Source: Acidobacteria bacterium UBA2161 (GTDB lineage Bacteria; Acidobacteriota; Vicinamibacteria; Vicinamibacterales; UBA823). From it: a stretch of 64,000 nt of DNA. The first letter of the stretch is position 1; each line of letters opens with the position of its first letter. This document shows positions 51,801 through 59,774 of the stretch, piece by piece. The stretch is taken from assembly GCA_002328835.1 (NCBI GenBank), contig DCWN01000044.1, forward strand, positions 60,590 to 124,589, read 5' to 3'. The notes under the pieces were generated by a model, which ran no database searches, was not told the origin of the DNA, and saw only the letters and a program-made list of their open reading frames with translations. The translations under genes and the position numbers were made by a program.

Positions 51801-52544
51801 CGAGATGACGAGTGACGCCTCGGGAGACTCGAGCGAGCCGTCCAGACGACCCTCGACGGCGACGGTGCCCGCGGCTTCGACCTCGACTCGCCAGAACGCC
51901 GCCAGTGCTTCGAGATCGACGCTGCCCCGATGGATCAGCACCATCTCCGGCGTGGCGAGCAGGGATCGAACCGCGCCCGAGAGTTCCACTCGGCCCCACG
52001 GTGTTTCAACGACGGCTGCCTCGATGCCGAGATCCTCGCCGTCGAACGCCAGCCGGGCATCGAGGTCGTCGATCAGGATCGTCCGGTCGCCGACTTCGAT
52101 CGACGCGCTGCCGGCCATGCCGAGCGGGCCGGCGCTGGCGTTCCCGTCGCTCGGGTCGAGGCGCAGGCCGAGTCCGCTAGCTTCGATAGCGAAATCCTGG
52201 CTCGGGTCGGACCAGGCCAGGTCGACGTCTTCCAGGTCGAGGCGCACGATGCCCGGCCGCACCGGCCAGTTCAGCTGTACTTCTGCCGACTCGACGCTGA
52301 TGATTGGCGGCGAGTTGGAGAAGCCGATCTGCAGATTCTCGGCCTCGAAGCTCTGGGTGAACAAGTTGTACTCGAACTGCGTGGCTTCGACGCTGAGGCC
52401 GTAGCGCTCTTCGAGCTGTTCCGCGACGCGGTCGAGGACGAGACCGCGGACGACCGGCAGATGGAGGCCCCCGACGAGGACGGCGGCGGCCACGCCGGCC
52501 CAGAAGAGGCGTCTAACGAATGATCGCCGGAGGAACTGACGCAC
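45819..52544 (-). CDS. tamB: TamB/AsmA-like protein fused to POTRA domains and an Omp85 (BamA/TamA) beta-barrel
   Basis: N-terminal signal anchor, about 1450 aa of Gly/Leu/Asp-rich beta repeats, Pro/Ala linker, five POTRA-like repeats, SVRGY loop motif, C-terminal FFSIGHAF. Confidence 0.88.
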   Translation of the reverse strand: MRQFLRRSFVRRLFWAGVAAAVLVGGLHLPVVRGLVLDRVAEQLEERYGLSVEATQFEYNLFTQSFEAENLQIGFSNSPPIISVESAEVQLNWPVRPGIVRLDLEDVDLAWSDPSQDFAIEASGLGLRLDPSDGNASAGPLGMAGSASIEVGDRTILIDDLDARLAFDGEDLGIEAAVVETPWGRVELSGAVRSLLATPEMVLIHRGSVDLEALAAFWRVEVEAAGTVAVEGRLDGSLESPEASLVISGGPLRAGGLDDIVIARSEVTASGGELALSSLDLEVAGGRIRGTGRLGLDESASGTVALAWTDLDLEAILDGLAVVPPIALDGVATGAALLDWPTLSTAAVTGTIENDIRPAVAQAPEAVSADWRVELGDSRWSADLRQRVGDALRTEANLGGVVSPDALADTTISGRIQIDANAVGAAALGLLAGEPRLAGELRAALDVGGTLGAPRATGDIEGHGLVYEAFGPATLRGTLAGDPDRFALDSLEVALGANTLRLDGQLDLQTSAIDGTLAMDLGDLAALAGTTPADWRVTGAATLDGQLGGRWPEPEVDATLGGADIGAGGLVVDRLDAELRLDPSGLTIDRLAARQADGTLALTGRYDFTTGGYTLTSSAEALRVRSAGSPTRPDLTLGWTLDGAGTTADPRAQGRLSLADLRWLGRTVGRADVDLDLAGDTLAVATTSPELGLILEATVDRTSGEYQLTADIDGLDPGRLLAAPETAGASPLSGALSGTAQVAGVWSDPTASAVTLDLRELDARLRGAPFRLEAPARVRYSADGVEVDGVEVAVGNTLMEIEGRISAAPTDRLVATLRGDLGDAVSLVALATGVSATGAALTGPLQARATIAGPLDAPSIEADLELDGAAYAPAELPPVTGLDARVSYRDWTVTLDGVAAEWQGARLTGSGALPVTLLQDYLPEAIASSRTDRAPARVDLRIEAVTPAALAPFLEPSIVERLTGRVDASLAVEADAWAWPSARGELTLERAELAAADVPVAQRVPTRLRLADGRIEVDTWEWGSADNIVSLSGGVGIADELELDLAATGRVDVGMVSALLRGAAASGEASLDMRLSGSSSSPEVRGTVQLSDVSLRIADPQLTITSLNGHLLLDADGLRTDGITGLANGGELAVDGELALAGVRPTGGSLSIVGRGLAMNIPEGLRSEVDADLTLELSDDRPALGGVVTVLRGGFRQPLSLTSGLLAALSAPRLTALIDEEPSALDELTLNARLTTAEDIVVTNNYADLELGADIALIGTIGQPALTGRVQIREGGEIFLAGTTYEIESGAIDFTNPVRVEPILTVTARTRVSDYDITLNLNGTPTDLRSGLSASPAASKADIISLLLTGRTLDEAGAATGAIARERALGLVSGEAFGAAGRAVGLDTLRLDVDGGRDVRFDSSLIATETDPGTRLTFGRNLSRDIQLIFSQSLSESGALTWIVNYTPRRNIELRAVVFDNNDRSYEFRHAVTFGAAAPAAGAARPPAPSAPPTLRVTAVEFSGTPRFDDAALLDQLDVTAGRPFEFYLWQRDQDTLERFYHDRAYREVRIRESRVVGDGTLRLLYEIDAGPMTTLAVEGYSLPGRLRRELEEAWNQSVFDGFLLDELRTIVRGHLAVQGYVRARVDAIVRVDTGDAKTIAVTIAPGIRSHTRQFVFTGQAGIDADTLERELAAADLTVSAWLDAEPVANALTVLYRRSGWLNAQVRVGPAEFSGATATLPVRIVEGARFTISSVTLEGLDARAETEAHNVLGLAPGDLYLTAEVQAARLRLDADYRAAGFNTVQVDLTASVDRASGEAAVRIAVSEGPRQLLDSIAVTGIYRTHPGVIDRALQLTPGEAVNLESWFEARRRLYDSGVFRSVNIEAEPADDTSLPGTNDIEAIRARVTVEEWPAYRLRYGVQLADENAPLDEVSSRSVRPGLTADLTRSNLLGRAATVGISTRYTRVERAVRGFVSTPSMFGLPLTTSLFASLGRESLSDDDDPLQVTADLSEATIEQRFRPVSNLTVAYAYDFERNHTFNEIVPIDDFGFAPIPFDLTEDIARLSTTGVWDTRDDLIAPKRGWFHSSSLEYATETLGSDVRFVKYLAQQSIFRSVGRGVVLASAFRLGLAKGFELAGFEQQLIPTERFVAGGGNSVRGYRENSLGPIDFLGDVGGQALLIFNQEVRFPVAGRFGGVAFFDAGNSFERVHDLSISDLRMGVGFGLRVDTPFALLRADYGARLRREASEPFGRWFFSIGHAF

Positions 52545-52691
52545 GATTCACCCATTGTACCAAGCTGTTCTGCGCTCGAGCGTCTACGAACGCGGCTGGG
52601 AGAAGCCGAGCGGATGTCGATGCGGCGAGAAGGTGGCGGTGATCGAGTGGGAGGGATCGCGACCCGAGGGTCCTGCGGTGCCAGGCCGCGT

Positions 52692-53156
52692 TCAGGCCGG
52701 CACCGGCACCGGTCGCGAGAGTGCGCACGCGACCGAGCTCTGTCGGATCGCGCGTTCGAGCGTCGCCGTTCGCGCCGCGAGGCCACGCCGACGATCCGGC
52801 TTGACCAGCAGCCGCAAGGCGTAGGTGTCGGGGGCACCGGTCGCACGCTGAAACGGACCGACGCGATAGACGGCGGCGGGCACGCCGGTGCGTTGCAGCG
52901 CGCCTGGCAGTTGCGCCCGCTCACGCGCCGACCGGTCGATGTGAAACGTCACCAGCCGGTGGAGTGGGATCGGGTTGCCGCTCCGGCATTCCAGCAGCAC
53001 GCCGGTGTCGCTCACGTTCCGGGTTCGCACGATGGCGAACCGGCTGGTGCCCTCGGCGTCCCGCCAGGTCAGACGTCCGGCGACCGAGATCGCTCGTCGC
53101 TCGGCGGCTCGTTCCTCGACCGGTTGCGCTTGGCTCTCACTTCGCTCCATCAGCAT
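52692..53156 (-). CDS. PilZ-like domain protein
   Basis: ERRAAERR (RxxxR) and NVSDTG (D/NxSxxG); SD GGGAGG before ATG 53156/53150. Confidence 0.7.
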   Translation of the reverse strand: MLMERSESQAQPVEERAAERRAISVAGRLTWRDAEGTSRFAIVRTRNVSDTGVLLECRSGNPIPLHRLVTFHIDRSARERAQLPGALQRTGVPAAVYRVGPFQRATGAPDTYALRLLVKPDRRRGLAARTATLERAIRQSSVACALSRPVPVPA

Positions 53157-53217
53157 CAGGGCCTCCCTCGATACCCAGGAGGTAATACAAGGACCGAGCC
53201 AAGATCGCACGGGCCGT

Positions 53218-53302
53218 CGCGCCGGGCTCAGACACCCTCGCACGCCGACGGCAGCAGATGCGTTGCATCGGGCGAACCTGATAACGGCCGTCGACGCGCT
53301 GT
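53218..53302 (-). repeat. 85-bp structured repeat, family 2, copy 2
   Basis: Flanks nearly identical to 45568-45652 around a divergent 31-nt core. Confidence 0.8.
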
Positions 53303-53348
53303 CCACCCTGCTGGCGACAGGACCCGCCGACGTCGACAGGTCTGCTTT

Positions 53349-54344
53349 CTAGAAGATAGCAATCGGGTTGATCGGTGAGCCGGTGCCGCCGGGGACGGCG
53401 AGCGGTGCCGCCGTCAACATGAACTCCCACCGTCCACGCGCGCGCGCGGCGCGGCTGACCGCCTCGAGGTCGCAGTTGTCGAGCAGCGGCATCCCCATCG
53501 CGAAGATCAGGAGGTCGTGCAGCGGGAAGCCGGCGCCCTCGACTCCGGACGGTCTGACGTCAGTGCCGACATCCGTCCCGACGATGGCGACGTCGCGCGC
53601 CTTGAACCAGTGCGCCGTCGAGGCATGCGGCCCGGGGCCCTGCGCCCCGACGTTCCACGGGCCGAGCGCCGCCCTTCGGGCCCAGCGCCCGGTCCGGATG
53701 AAGACGGCGTCGCCCGGACGGATCGTGACGCCCGACCGCGACTCCCATTCGTCGAGCTCCTCCGGGTAGATCACGGCATCAGGTTCGAGGTACTCGACCC
53801 CGCGCAGCCACGCGATGTCAATCAGGATGCCCCGGGTGATGATGCCTTCCTTGAACCGGTCGACGCCCAGCGCGCTGCAGCCGTCCTCCCGGACGGTCGA
53901 CTGCGGGATCCCGTTGTAGAGCTGGCCGTCGCGTCCGGCGTGACAGAGTGAATCGAGATGGGTGTGGATGAGGCCGTGGTAGTTGATCGTGTAAGTATCC
54001 ATCGAGCCGCCGCCGCCGCCGACTCCGCGCATCTCCTGCCCCCACGGGCTCGGGTTGTCGACGGCCTCGATCTTCTCGGCGTCGCGCGCGAGCGACACCG
54101 ACACACCATCCTGAACCAGGTCGATTGCCTCGCGCCGCTTTTCCGGCGTGACCAAATTGAGCGTGCCTCGCTGGTCGTCGGACCCCCAGCGGCCCCAGTT
54201 CGACAGCTCCTCGATCCACGCCTCGAGCGTCGCCGCGCTCACGGGCCGGGCCTGGGCTGCCACGCGCCCGCTCGACACGACCACGTGTAGGCACAGCACG
54301 ACCGCGAAGGCGAGCCGCACTAGCTGATTCACACTCGGCGTCAT
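53349..54344 (-). CDS. Cyclase-family (kynurenine formamidase-like) metal hydrolase, exported
   Basis: NWGRWG..DQRGTLN, HGLIHTHLDSLCH, RTG, GGTGSPINP; signal peptide; SD GGAGG. Confidence 0.88.
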   Translation of the reverse strand: MTPSVNQLVRLAFAVVLCLHVVVSSGRVAAQARPVSAATLEAWIEELSNWGRWGSDDQRGTLNLVTPEKRREAIDLVQDGVSVSLARDAEKIEAVDNPSPWGQEMRGVGGGGGSMDTYTINYHGLIHTHLDSLCHAGRDGQLYNGIPQSTVREDGCSALGVDRFKEGIITRGILIDIAWLRGVEYLEPDAVIYPEELDEWESRSGVTIRPGDAVFIRTGRWARRAALGPWNVGAQGPGPHASTAHWFKARDVAIVGTDVGTDVRPSGVEGAGFPLHDLLIFAMGMPLLDNCDLEAVSRAARARGRWEFMLTAAPLAVPGGTGSPINPIAIF

Positions 54345-54546
54345 CTCGTCCTCCAGTGTCTAAGGTGGTGCGTCGCTCGCGATCTCGGTCGGGCCGATCT
54401 TCACCCGCTCCGCCGTTCACCTCTTCGTCGTCGAATTACGTGCGGCGTCCGGGGTCGTGAATCTGCGAGCACGGGCTGGTCGTCAACCGGCCGACTCTAC
54501 GCACGGATCCGTTGGATCCGCGAACAAGCGAATAAGCAAAGAGGGG

Positions 54547-54575
54547 ATTCTATCCGGAGGCCTGCGGCCCTGCAA
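54547..54575 (-). promoter_or_regulatory. Sigma70-type promoter TTGCAG-17-TAGAAT
   Basis: Minus-strand hexamers at 54575-54570 and 54552-54547 with an exact 17-nt spacer. Confidence 0.6.
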
Positions 54576-54626
54576 GCCTCGAAATGCGGGAAAACGGGCC
54601 GTTTGGACTGCCTGGCGCCTCGGATC

Positions 54627-55358
54627 TCAGCCGGTTTCCTCGCCCGTGGCCTGGCGGAGCGCCCGTGCGGCGGTGCGGGTGACGAGTGTCGTGACGGCGA
54701 CGGTCGCCACGAGACCGACGACGAGGACCCCGTAGTAGCCGGGCTCTTTCGTGACCGGGGCGCCCCCGGCCAAGGTGGCGACGTCGCCCGCCAGCTTCCC
54801 GTAGTAGGTGTAGAGCAGCGATCCGGGCAGCATGCCGACCGACGCCAGGAGATAGTCGCGGAAGCCGACGCGCGTGAGCCCGAGGGCGTAGTTCAGCAGG
54901 TTGAACGGAAAGATCGGCGAAAGTCGCAGGAGGAGCACGATCTTGAAGCCCTCGGCACCGACCGCGCGGTCGATCGCCGCGAAGCGCGGGTGGCCCGAGA
55001 CCCGCCCCTCGATGGCCGACCGCGCGAGGTACCGTGAGACCAGGAACGCGGCCGCCGCGCCTGTCGTCGCGCCCAGCAGTACGAGAGCCGTGCCCCTGGC
55101 CAGCCCGAAGACCGCGCCAGCCGCCAGGGTCAGCAGCGACCCCGGAACAAAGGCGACGGTCGCGGCGGCGTACCCCGCCACGAAGACGACCGGTCCCGAG
55201 ACGCCGAGCCCGTCGACCCAGGCGACGAAATCGGGCAGGGAGCCGCCGAGCCGGCGGCCCGCGGCCACAAGGGCGACGAGCGCCACGGTGCCGGCCAGGA
55301 GCCGGAGCCACAGACGGCCCCCCGATCGGGCCGGTGTCGCAGCCACGGTGTCGCTCAT
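54627..55358 (-). CDS. TVP38/TMEM64 (DedA/VTT) family membrane protein
   Basis: PGSLLTLAAGAVFG, LLRLSPIFPFNLLNYALG, GMLPG. Confidence 0.92.
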   Translation of the reverse strand: MSDTVAATPARSGGRLWLRLLAGTVALVALVAAGRRLGGSLPDFVAWVDGLGVSGPVVFVAGYAAATVAFVPGSLLTLAAGAVFGLARGTALVLLGATTGAAAAFLVSRYLARSAIEGRVSGHPRFAAIDRAVGAEGFKIVLLLRLSPIFPFNLLNYALGLTRVGFRDYLLASVGMLPGSLLYTYYGKLAGDVATLAGGAPVTKEPGYYGVLVVGLVATVAVTTLVTRTAARALRQATGEETG

Positions 55359-55375
55359 CGTTCTAGAATAGCCTC

Positions 55376-55504
55376 ATGACCTTCCCGCCGGATGGTTTCC
55401 CAGAGCCAGGCCCGTCGATGACTCCCACCTACGTGGCCGTGCTCGTTGTCGAGGCGGTCGTGCTGCTAGCCCTGTGGGGTTTCAGCCAGTATTTCGGAGC
55501 GTGA
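55376..55504 (+). CDS. Small single-TM protein upstream of the symporter (absent from the ORF track)
   Basis: MTFPPDGFPEPGPSMTPTYVAVLVVEAVVLLALWGFSQYFGA*; alternative start 55418; ends 21 nt before the symporter ATG. Confidence 0.65.
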   Translation: MTFPPDGFPEPGPSMTPTYVAVLVVEAVVLLALWGFSQYFGA

Positions 55505-55525
55505 TTCGGCTCATCGTCCGAACCG

Positions 55526-57223
55526 ATGCATATCATCGACTGGCTGATCGTCGGGGCCTACCTCGTCTGGATCGTCTACGACGGGCTCAGGCGGACAACG
55601 GGCGCGTCGGCGGTCGAGGGCTATTTCCTGGCCAATCGGTCACTGCCGTGGTGGGCCGTCGGCCTGACGGTGATGGCGACCCAGATGAGCGCCATCACGC
55701 TGGTCGGCACGACCGGGCAAGGCTACGCCGACGGGATGCGCTTCGTGCAGTTCTACTTCGGCCTACCGCTGGCGATGATCATCCTGTCGCTCACGCTGGT
55801 GCCGTTCTTCTACCGCGCCAAGGTCTACACGGCCTACGAATACCTCGAACACCGGTTCGACGTGCGCACCCGGACGCTCGCCAGTTTGCTGTTCCTGCTG
55901 TCGCGTGGGCTGCAGGCCGGAGTCATCATCGCCGCGCCGGCCGTGATCCTGTCGATCGTGCTCGGGTTCGATCTGACCCTGACGATCGTGGGGATCGGCC
56001 TGCCGACGACGATCTACACGATGTTCGGTGGCGTGCAGGCCGTGACGTGGACCGACGTCAAGCAGATGGTCGTCATTGTCGTTGGCGTGAGCGCGGCCGT
56101 GGTCTCCCTCGTCCTCGGGTTGCCTGACGGCGTTGGTGTCGGCGATGCCCTCAGCGTGGCGGGCGCCGCAGGCCGGCTCGGCACGATCGACTTCCGGTTC
56201 GACCTGAACGAGACGTACACCTTCTGGTCGGGTCTGATCGGCGGGCTGTTTCTGATGCTCGGGTACTTCGGATGCGACCAGAGTCAGGTGCAGCGCTACC
56301 TCACCGCGAAGTCGGTCGACGCCGGACGCCACTCGCTGATGATGAGCGCGTTCGTCAAGATCCCCCTGCAGGCGCTCATTCTGCTCACCGGGGTCCTGGT
56401 GTTCGCGTTCTACCTCTTCCAGACACCGCCGATGCTGTTCAACCCGGTTCACGAATCCGAGGTGCGTGCGAGTGCCCGCGCGGCGGAGTACACCGCGCTC
56501 GACGCCGAGTTTCAGGCCGCGCTGGAGGCCCGAGAGGTTGCGGCCCGTGACGCGGTGGCGGCCAGAAGCATCGGCGACGCGACGGCCGTCGCCTCGGCCC
56601 GCGCCGCGTTCGTCGAACGCCAGCAAGGCGTGACGGCGATCCGCGAGCAGGCGACCTCGCTGGTGCGCGAGGTGACCGGTGACACATTGTACACGGACGT
56701 CAACTATGTCTTTCCGACGTTCGTGACCACCCAACTGCCGGTGGGGCTGGTCGGGCTGATCATCGCCGCGATCTTCGCGGCGGCGATGTCGAGCATCGCG
56801 GCCGAGCTGAACTCCCTCTCGACGGCGACCGTCATCGACGTGTACCGGCGTCACCTCCGCACCGATGCCACCGATCGCCACTACCTGCGAGTGTCCAAGA
56901 TGGTCACCGGGTTTTGGGGGGTGTTCACCTCCATCGTGGCGGTCTACGCGGCGAATCTCGGGTCGCTCATCGAGGTGGTGAACCGCTTCGGCTCCTTCTT
57001 CTACGGCTCGCTGCTCGGCGTCTTCATTCTGGCTGTGGGCACGCGCCGCGCGACGGCCCCGGGGGCCCTCTGGGGTCTGGTCGGCGGGATGGCCGCCGTC
57101 ATCTACGTCGCGGCGACGAGCAGCATCTCGTACCTCTGGCTGAACGTCGTCGGCGCATTGGCCGTCTTCGTCGTCGGTATGGTGGTGAGCTTCATCTGGC
57201 CATCCACGACGGCTGATCTCTAA
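55526..57223 (+). CDS. Sodium:solute symporter (SSS/SLC5 family)
   Basis: [49 protein letters not shown]. Confidence 0.94.
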   Translation: MHIIDWLIVGAYLVWIVYDGLRRTTGASAVEGYFLANRSLPWWAVGLTVMATQMSAITLVGTTGQGYADGMRFVQFYFGLPLAMIILSLTLVPFFYRAKVYTAYEYLEHRFDVRTRTLASLLFLLSRGLQAGVIIAAPAVILSIVLGFDLTLTIVGIGLPTTIYTMFGGVQAVTWTDVKQMVVIVVGVSAAVVSLVLGLPDGVGVGDALSVAGAAGRLGTIDFRFDLNETYTFWSGLIGGLFLMLGYFGCDQSQVQRYLTAKSVDAGRHSLMMSAFVKIPLQALILLTGVLVFAFYLFQTPPMLFNPVHESEVRASARAAEYTALDAEFQAALEAREVAARDAVAARSIGDATAVASARAAFVERQQGVTAIREQATSLVREVTGDTLYTDVNYVFPTFVTTQLPVGLVGLIIAAIFAAAMSSIAAELNSLSTATVIDVYRRHLRTDATDRHYLRVSKMVTGFWGVFTSIVAVYAANLGSLIEVVNRFGSFFYGSLLGVFILAVGTRRATAPGALWGLVGGMAAVIYVAATSSISYLWLNVVGALAVFVVGMVVSFIWPSTTADL

Positions 57224-57354
57224 GATCTGGCCTCGGGCTTGGCTTCCGCGCCCCCGGGGGCCCCCTAGCCGGCGCCACCCGCGAGCGACACCTGAGCCCC
57301 AGCCCAAGGACGGCGCTTGGCTTGGCAGGGCTTCCATTCCCATGGTATAAACTG

Positions 57355-57379
57355 ATATCCGACCGAATCGGTCGGTGTT
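57355..57379 (+). promoter_or_regulatory. IscR/Rrf2-type operator upstream of the suf operon
   Basis: ATATCCGACCGAATCGGTCGGTGTT with a perfect 8-1-8 palindromic core, just downstream of the -10-like TGGTATAAACT. Confidence 0.65.
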
Positions 57380-57454
57380 GTCTAACAGTGATTTTAGGCG
57401 CGTTTGCCCCGTTTCCGGCCGAGCGCGCCTCCCTCTTTCGGCCGGCGGACCCAG

Positions 57455-58900
57455 ATGAGTACTGCGATCGACAGGATCGAACAGCTCGCCAATCAGGACT
57501 ACAAGTACGGCTTCGTCACCGACGTCGAGGCCGACACGATCCCGAAGGGCCTGAGCGAGGACGTCGTCCGGCTGATCTCGGCCAAGAAGGAGGAGCCTGA
57601 GTGGCTCCTCGACTGGCGCCTCACGGCCTACCGGCTCTGGACCTCGATGACCGAGCCGACCTGGCCGAACGTCGAATACGACCCGATCGACTACCAGGCC
57701 ATCAGCTATTACTCGGCGCCGAAGCAGAAGCCGACGCTCGAGAGCATGGACGAGGTCGATCCGGAGATCCGGGCGACGTTCGAGAAGCTCGGGATTCCGC
57801 TCGAGGAGCAGAAGATGCTGGCGGGTGTCGCCGTGGACGCCGTCTTCGACAGCGTGTCGGTGGCCACGACGTTTCGCGACAAGCTCGCCGACCTGGGCAT
57901 CATATTTTGCTCGTTCTCCGAGGCGGTCCGCGAGCACCCCGAACTCGTCCGCAAGTACGTCGGCACCGTCGTGCCGTACTCGGACAACTTCTTTGCGGCC
58001 CTCAACTCGGCGGTCTTCAGCGACGGCTCGTTCGCCTACATTCCCAAGGGCGTCAAGTGCCCGATGGAGCTGTCGACCTATTTCCGGATCAACGCGGCCT
58101 CGACTGGGCAGTTCGAACGCACGCTGATCGTGGCTGACGAGGGCGCCTCGGTGAGCTACCTCGAGGGCTGCACCGCGCCGATGCGCGACGAGAACCAGTT
58201 GCACGCAGCGGTCGTCGAGCTAGTAGCGCTCGACGACGCGACGATCAAGTACTCGACCGTGCAGAACTGGTACCCAGGAGACAAGGACGGCAAGGGCGGT
58301 ATCTACAACTTCGTGACGAAGCGCGGCACCGCGGCCGGCCGAAACTCGAAGATCACCTGGACGCAGGTCGAGACCGGATCGGCGATCACCTGGAAGTACC
58401 CGGGCTGCATTCTCCAGGGCGACAATTCGGTCGGCGAATTCTACTCGGTTGCCGTCACGAACAATCGGCAGCAGGCCGACACCGGCACGAAGATGGTGCA
58501 CATCGGGCGAAACACCCGCAGCACGATCATCTCGAAGGGCATTTCGGCGGGCCACGGCCAGAACACCTATCGCGGTCTGGTGCGGATCGGCAAGGGTGCC
58601 ACTGACGCGCGGAACTACTCGCAGTGTGATTCGCTCCTGATCGGCGACCGGTGCGGCGCGCACACGTTCCCGTACCTGGAGGTGCGCAACACCTCGTCAC
58701 AGGTCGAACACGAGGCGTCAACGTCGAAGATCGGCGAGGACCAGATCTTCTACTGCCGGCAGCGGGGCCTGTCGACCGAGGATGCCGTGAACATGATCGT
58801 CAGCGGGTTCTGCAAGGAGGTCTTCCGTGAACTGCCGATGGAGTTCGCGGTCGAGGCCCAGAAGTTGCTCGGGGTCAGCCTGGAGGGCAGCGTCGGCTAG
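57455..58900 (+). CDS. sufB: Fe-S cluster assembly protein SufB
   Basis: [39 protein letters not shown]-terminal LEGSVG. Confidence 0.97.
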   Translation: MSTAIDRIEQLANQDYKYGFVTDVEADTIPKGLSEDVVRLISAKKEEPEWLLDWRLTAYRLWTSMTEPTWPNVEYDPIDYQAISYYSAPKQKPTLESMDEVDPEIRATFEKLGIPLEEQKMLAGVAVDAVFDSVSVATTFRDKLADLGIIFCSFSEAVREHPELVRKYVGTVVPYSDNFFAALNSAVFSDGSFAYIPKGVKCPMELSTYFRINAASTGQFERTLIVADEGASVSYLEGCTAPMRDENQLHAAVVELVALDDATIKYSTVQNWYPGDKDGKGGIYNFVTKRGTAAGRNSKITWTQVETGSAITWKYPGCILQGDNSVGEFYSVAVTNNRQQADTGTKMVHIGRNTRSTIISKGISAGHGQNTYRGLVRIGKGATDARNYSQCDSLLIGDRCGAHTFPYLEVRNTSSQVEHEASTSKIGEDQIFYCRQRGLSTEDAVNMIVSGFCKEVFRELPMEFAVEAQKLLGVSLEGSVG

Positions 58901-59012
58901 CCGCTGACCGCCTCGCCCGCGGCCGCCACCGTCTGCCATCTGGACGCGGTCGTTCCAGGAACGCCAGTCCTGAGCGCAGTCGAAGGGTCATTTCTTGGGG
59001 AGCTAGAGCGCG

Positions 59013-59774
59013 ATGTTGGAGATTACCGGACTCTGCGCCGGCGTGGACGGCAAGGAGATTCTGCGTGGAATCGATCTGTCGGTCGGCCCCGGCGAAGTGC
59101 ACGCGATCATGGGGCCCAATGGCTCGGGCAAGAGCACGCTCGCGGGCGTCCTCGCCGGGCGACCCGAGTTCGACGTGACGAGCGGCGCCATCCAGTATCA
59201 GGGCCAGGACCTGCTCGAGATGGAACCGGAGGACCGGGCGCGTGAGGGGGTCTTCCTCGCCTTTCAGTACCCGGTCGAGATCCCCGGCGTGAACAACGCC
59301 TATCTGCTCAAGGCCGCGCTGAATGAGGTGCGGAAGCACCGCGGTGAGCAAGAACTCGACGCCATGGACTTCATGACCTTGGTGAAGAAGCAGCTCGGAG
59401 TCCTCCAGATGAACGCCGATCTGCTGAATCGGCCGGTCAACGACGGGTTTTCCGGCGGCGAGAAGAAGCGCAACGAGATCTTACAGATGGCGGTGCTCGA
59501 GCCGAAGCTGGCGATCTTGGACGAGACCGACTCCGGGCTCGACATCGACGCACTGAAGATCGTGTCGAACGGCGTGAATACACTCCGGAGCCCGGAGCGA
59601 TCGACGATCATCGTGACGCACTATCAGCGGCTGCTCAACTACATCGTGCCCGATGTCGTGCACGTCCTGTTGGGCGGCCGAATCGTCAAGTCCGGTGGGA
59701 AGGACCTCGCGCTCGAGCTCGAAGCCAAGGGCTACAGCTGGATCAGCGGCGCGGCCGCCGAGGTGCGCGTGTGA
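59013..59774 (+). CDS. sufC: Fe-S cluster assembly ATPase SufC
   Basis: GPNGSGKS, AFQYPVEIPG, FSGGEKKR, LDETDSGLD, THYQR. Confidence 0.97.
   Translation: MLEITGLCAGVDGKEILRGIDLSVGPGEVHAIMGPNGSGKSTLAGVLAGRPEFDVTSGAIQYQGQDLLEMEPEDRAREGVFLAFQYPVEIPGVNNAYLLKAALNEVRKHRGEQELDAMDFMTLVKKQLGVLQMNADLLNRPVNDGFSGGEKKRNEILQMAVLEPKLAILDETDSGLDIDALKIVSNGVNTLRSPERSTIIVTHYQRLLNYIVPDVVHVLLGGRIVKSGGKDLALELEAKGYSWISGAAAEVRV

Noticed and set aside
53218-53302. c-di-GMP riboswitch upstream of the PilZ-like gene
   Set aside because: Lacks the GGCAAA / GNRA tetraloop / GACGCAAAGC core of class I and I see no class II match; kept only as an unknown structured repeat.
54420-54545. 6S RNA, tmRNA or tRNA candidate
   Set aside because: No long irregular hairpin with central bubble, cloverleaf or T-loop signature is recognisable.
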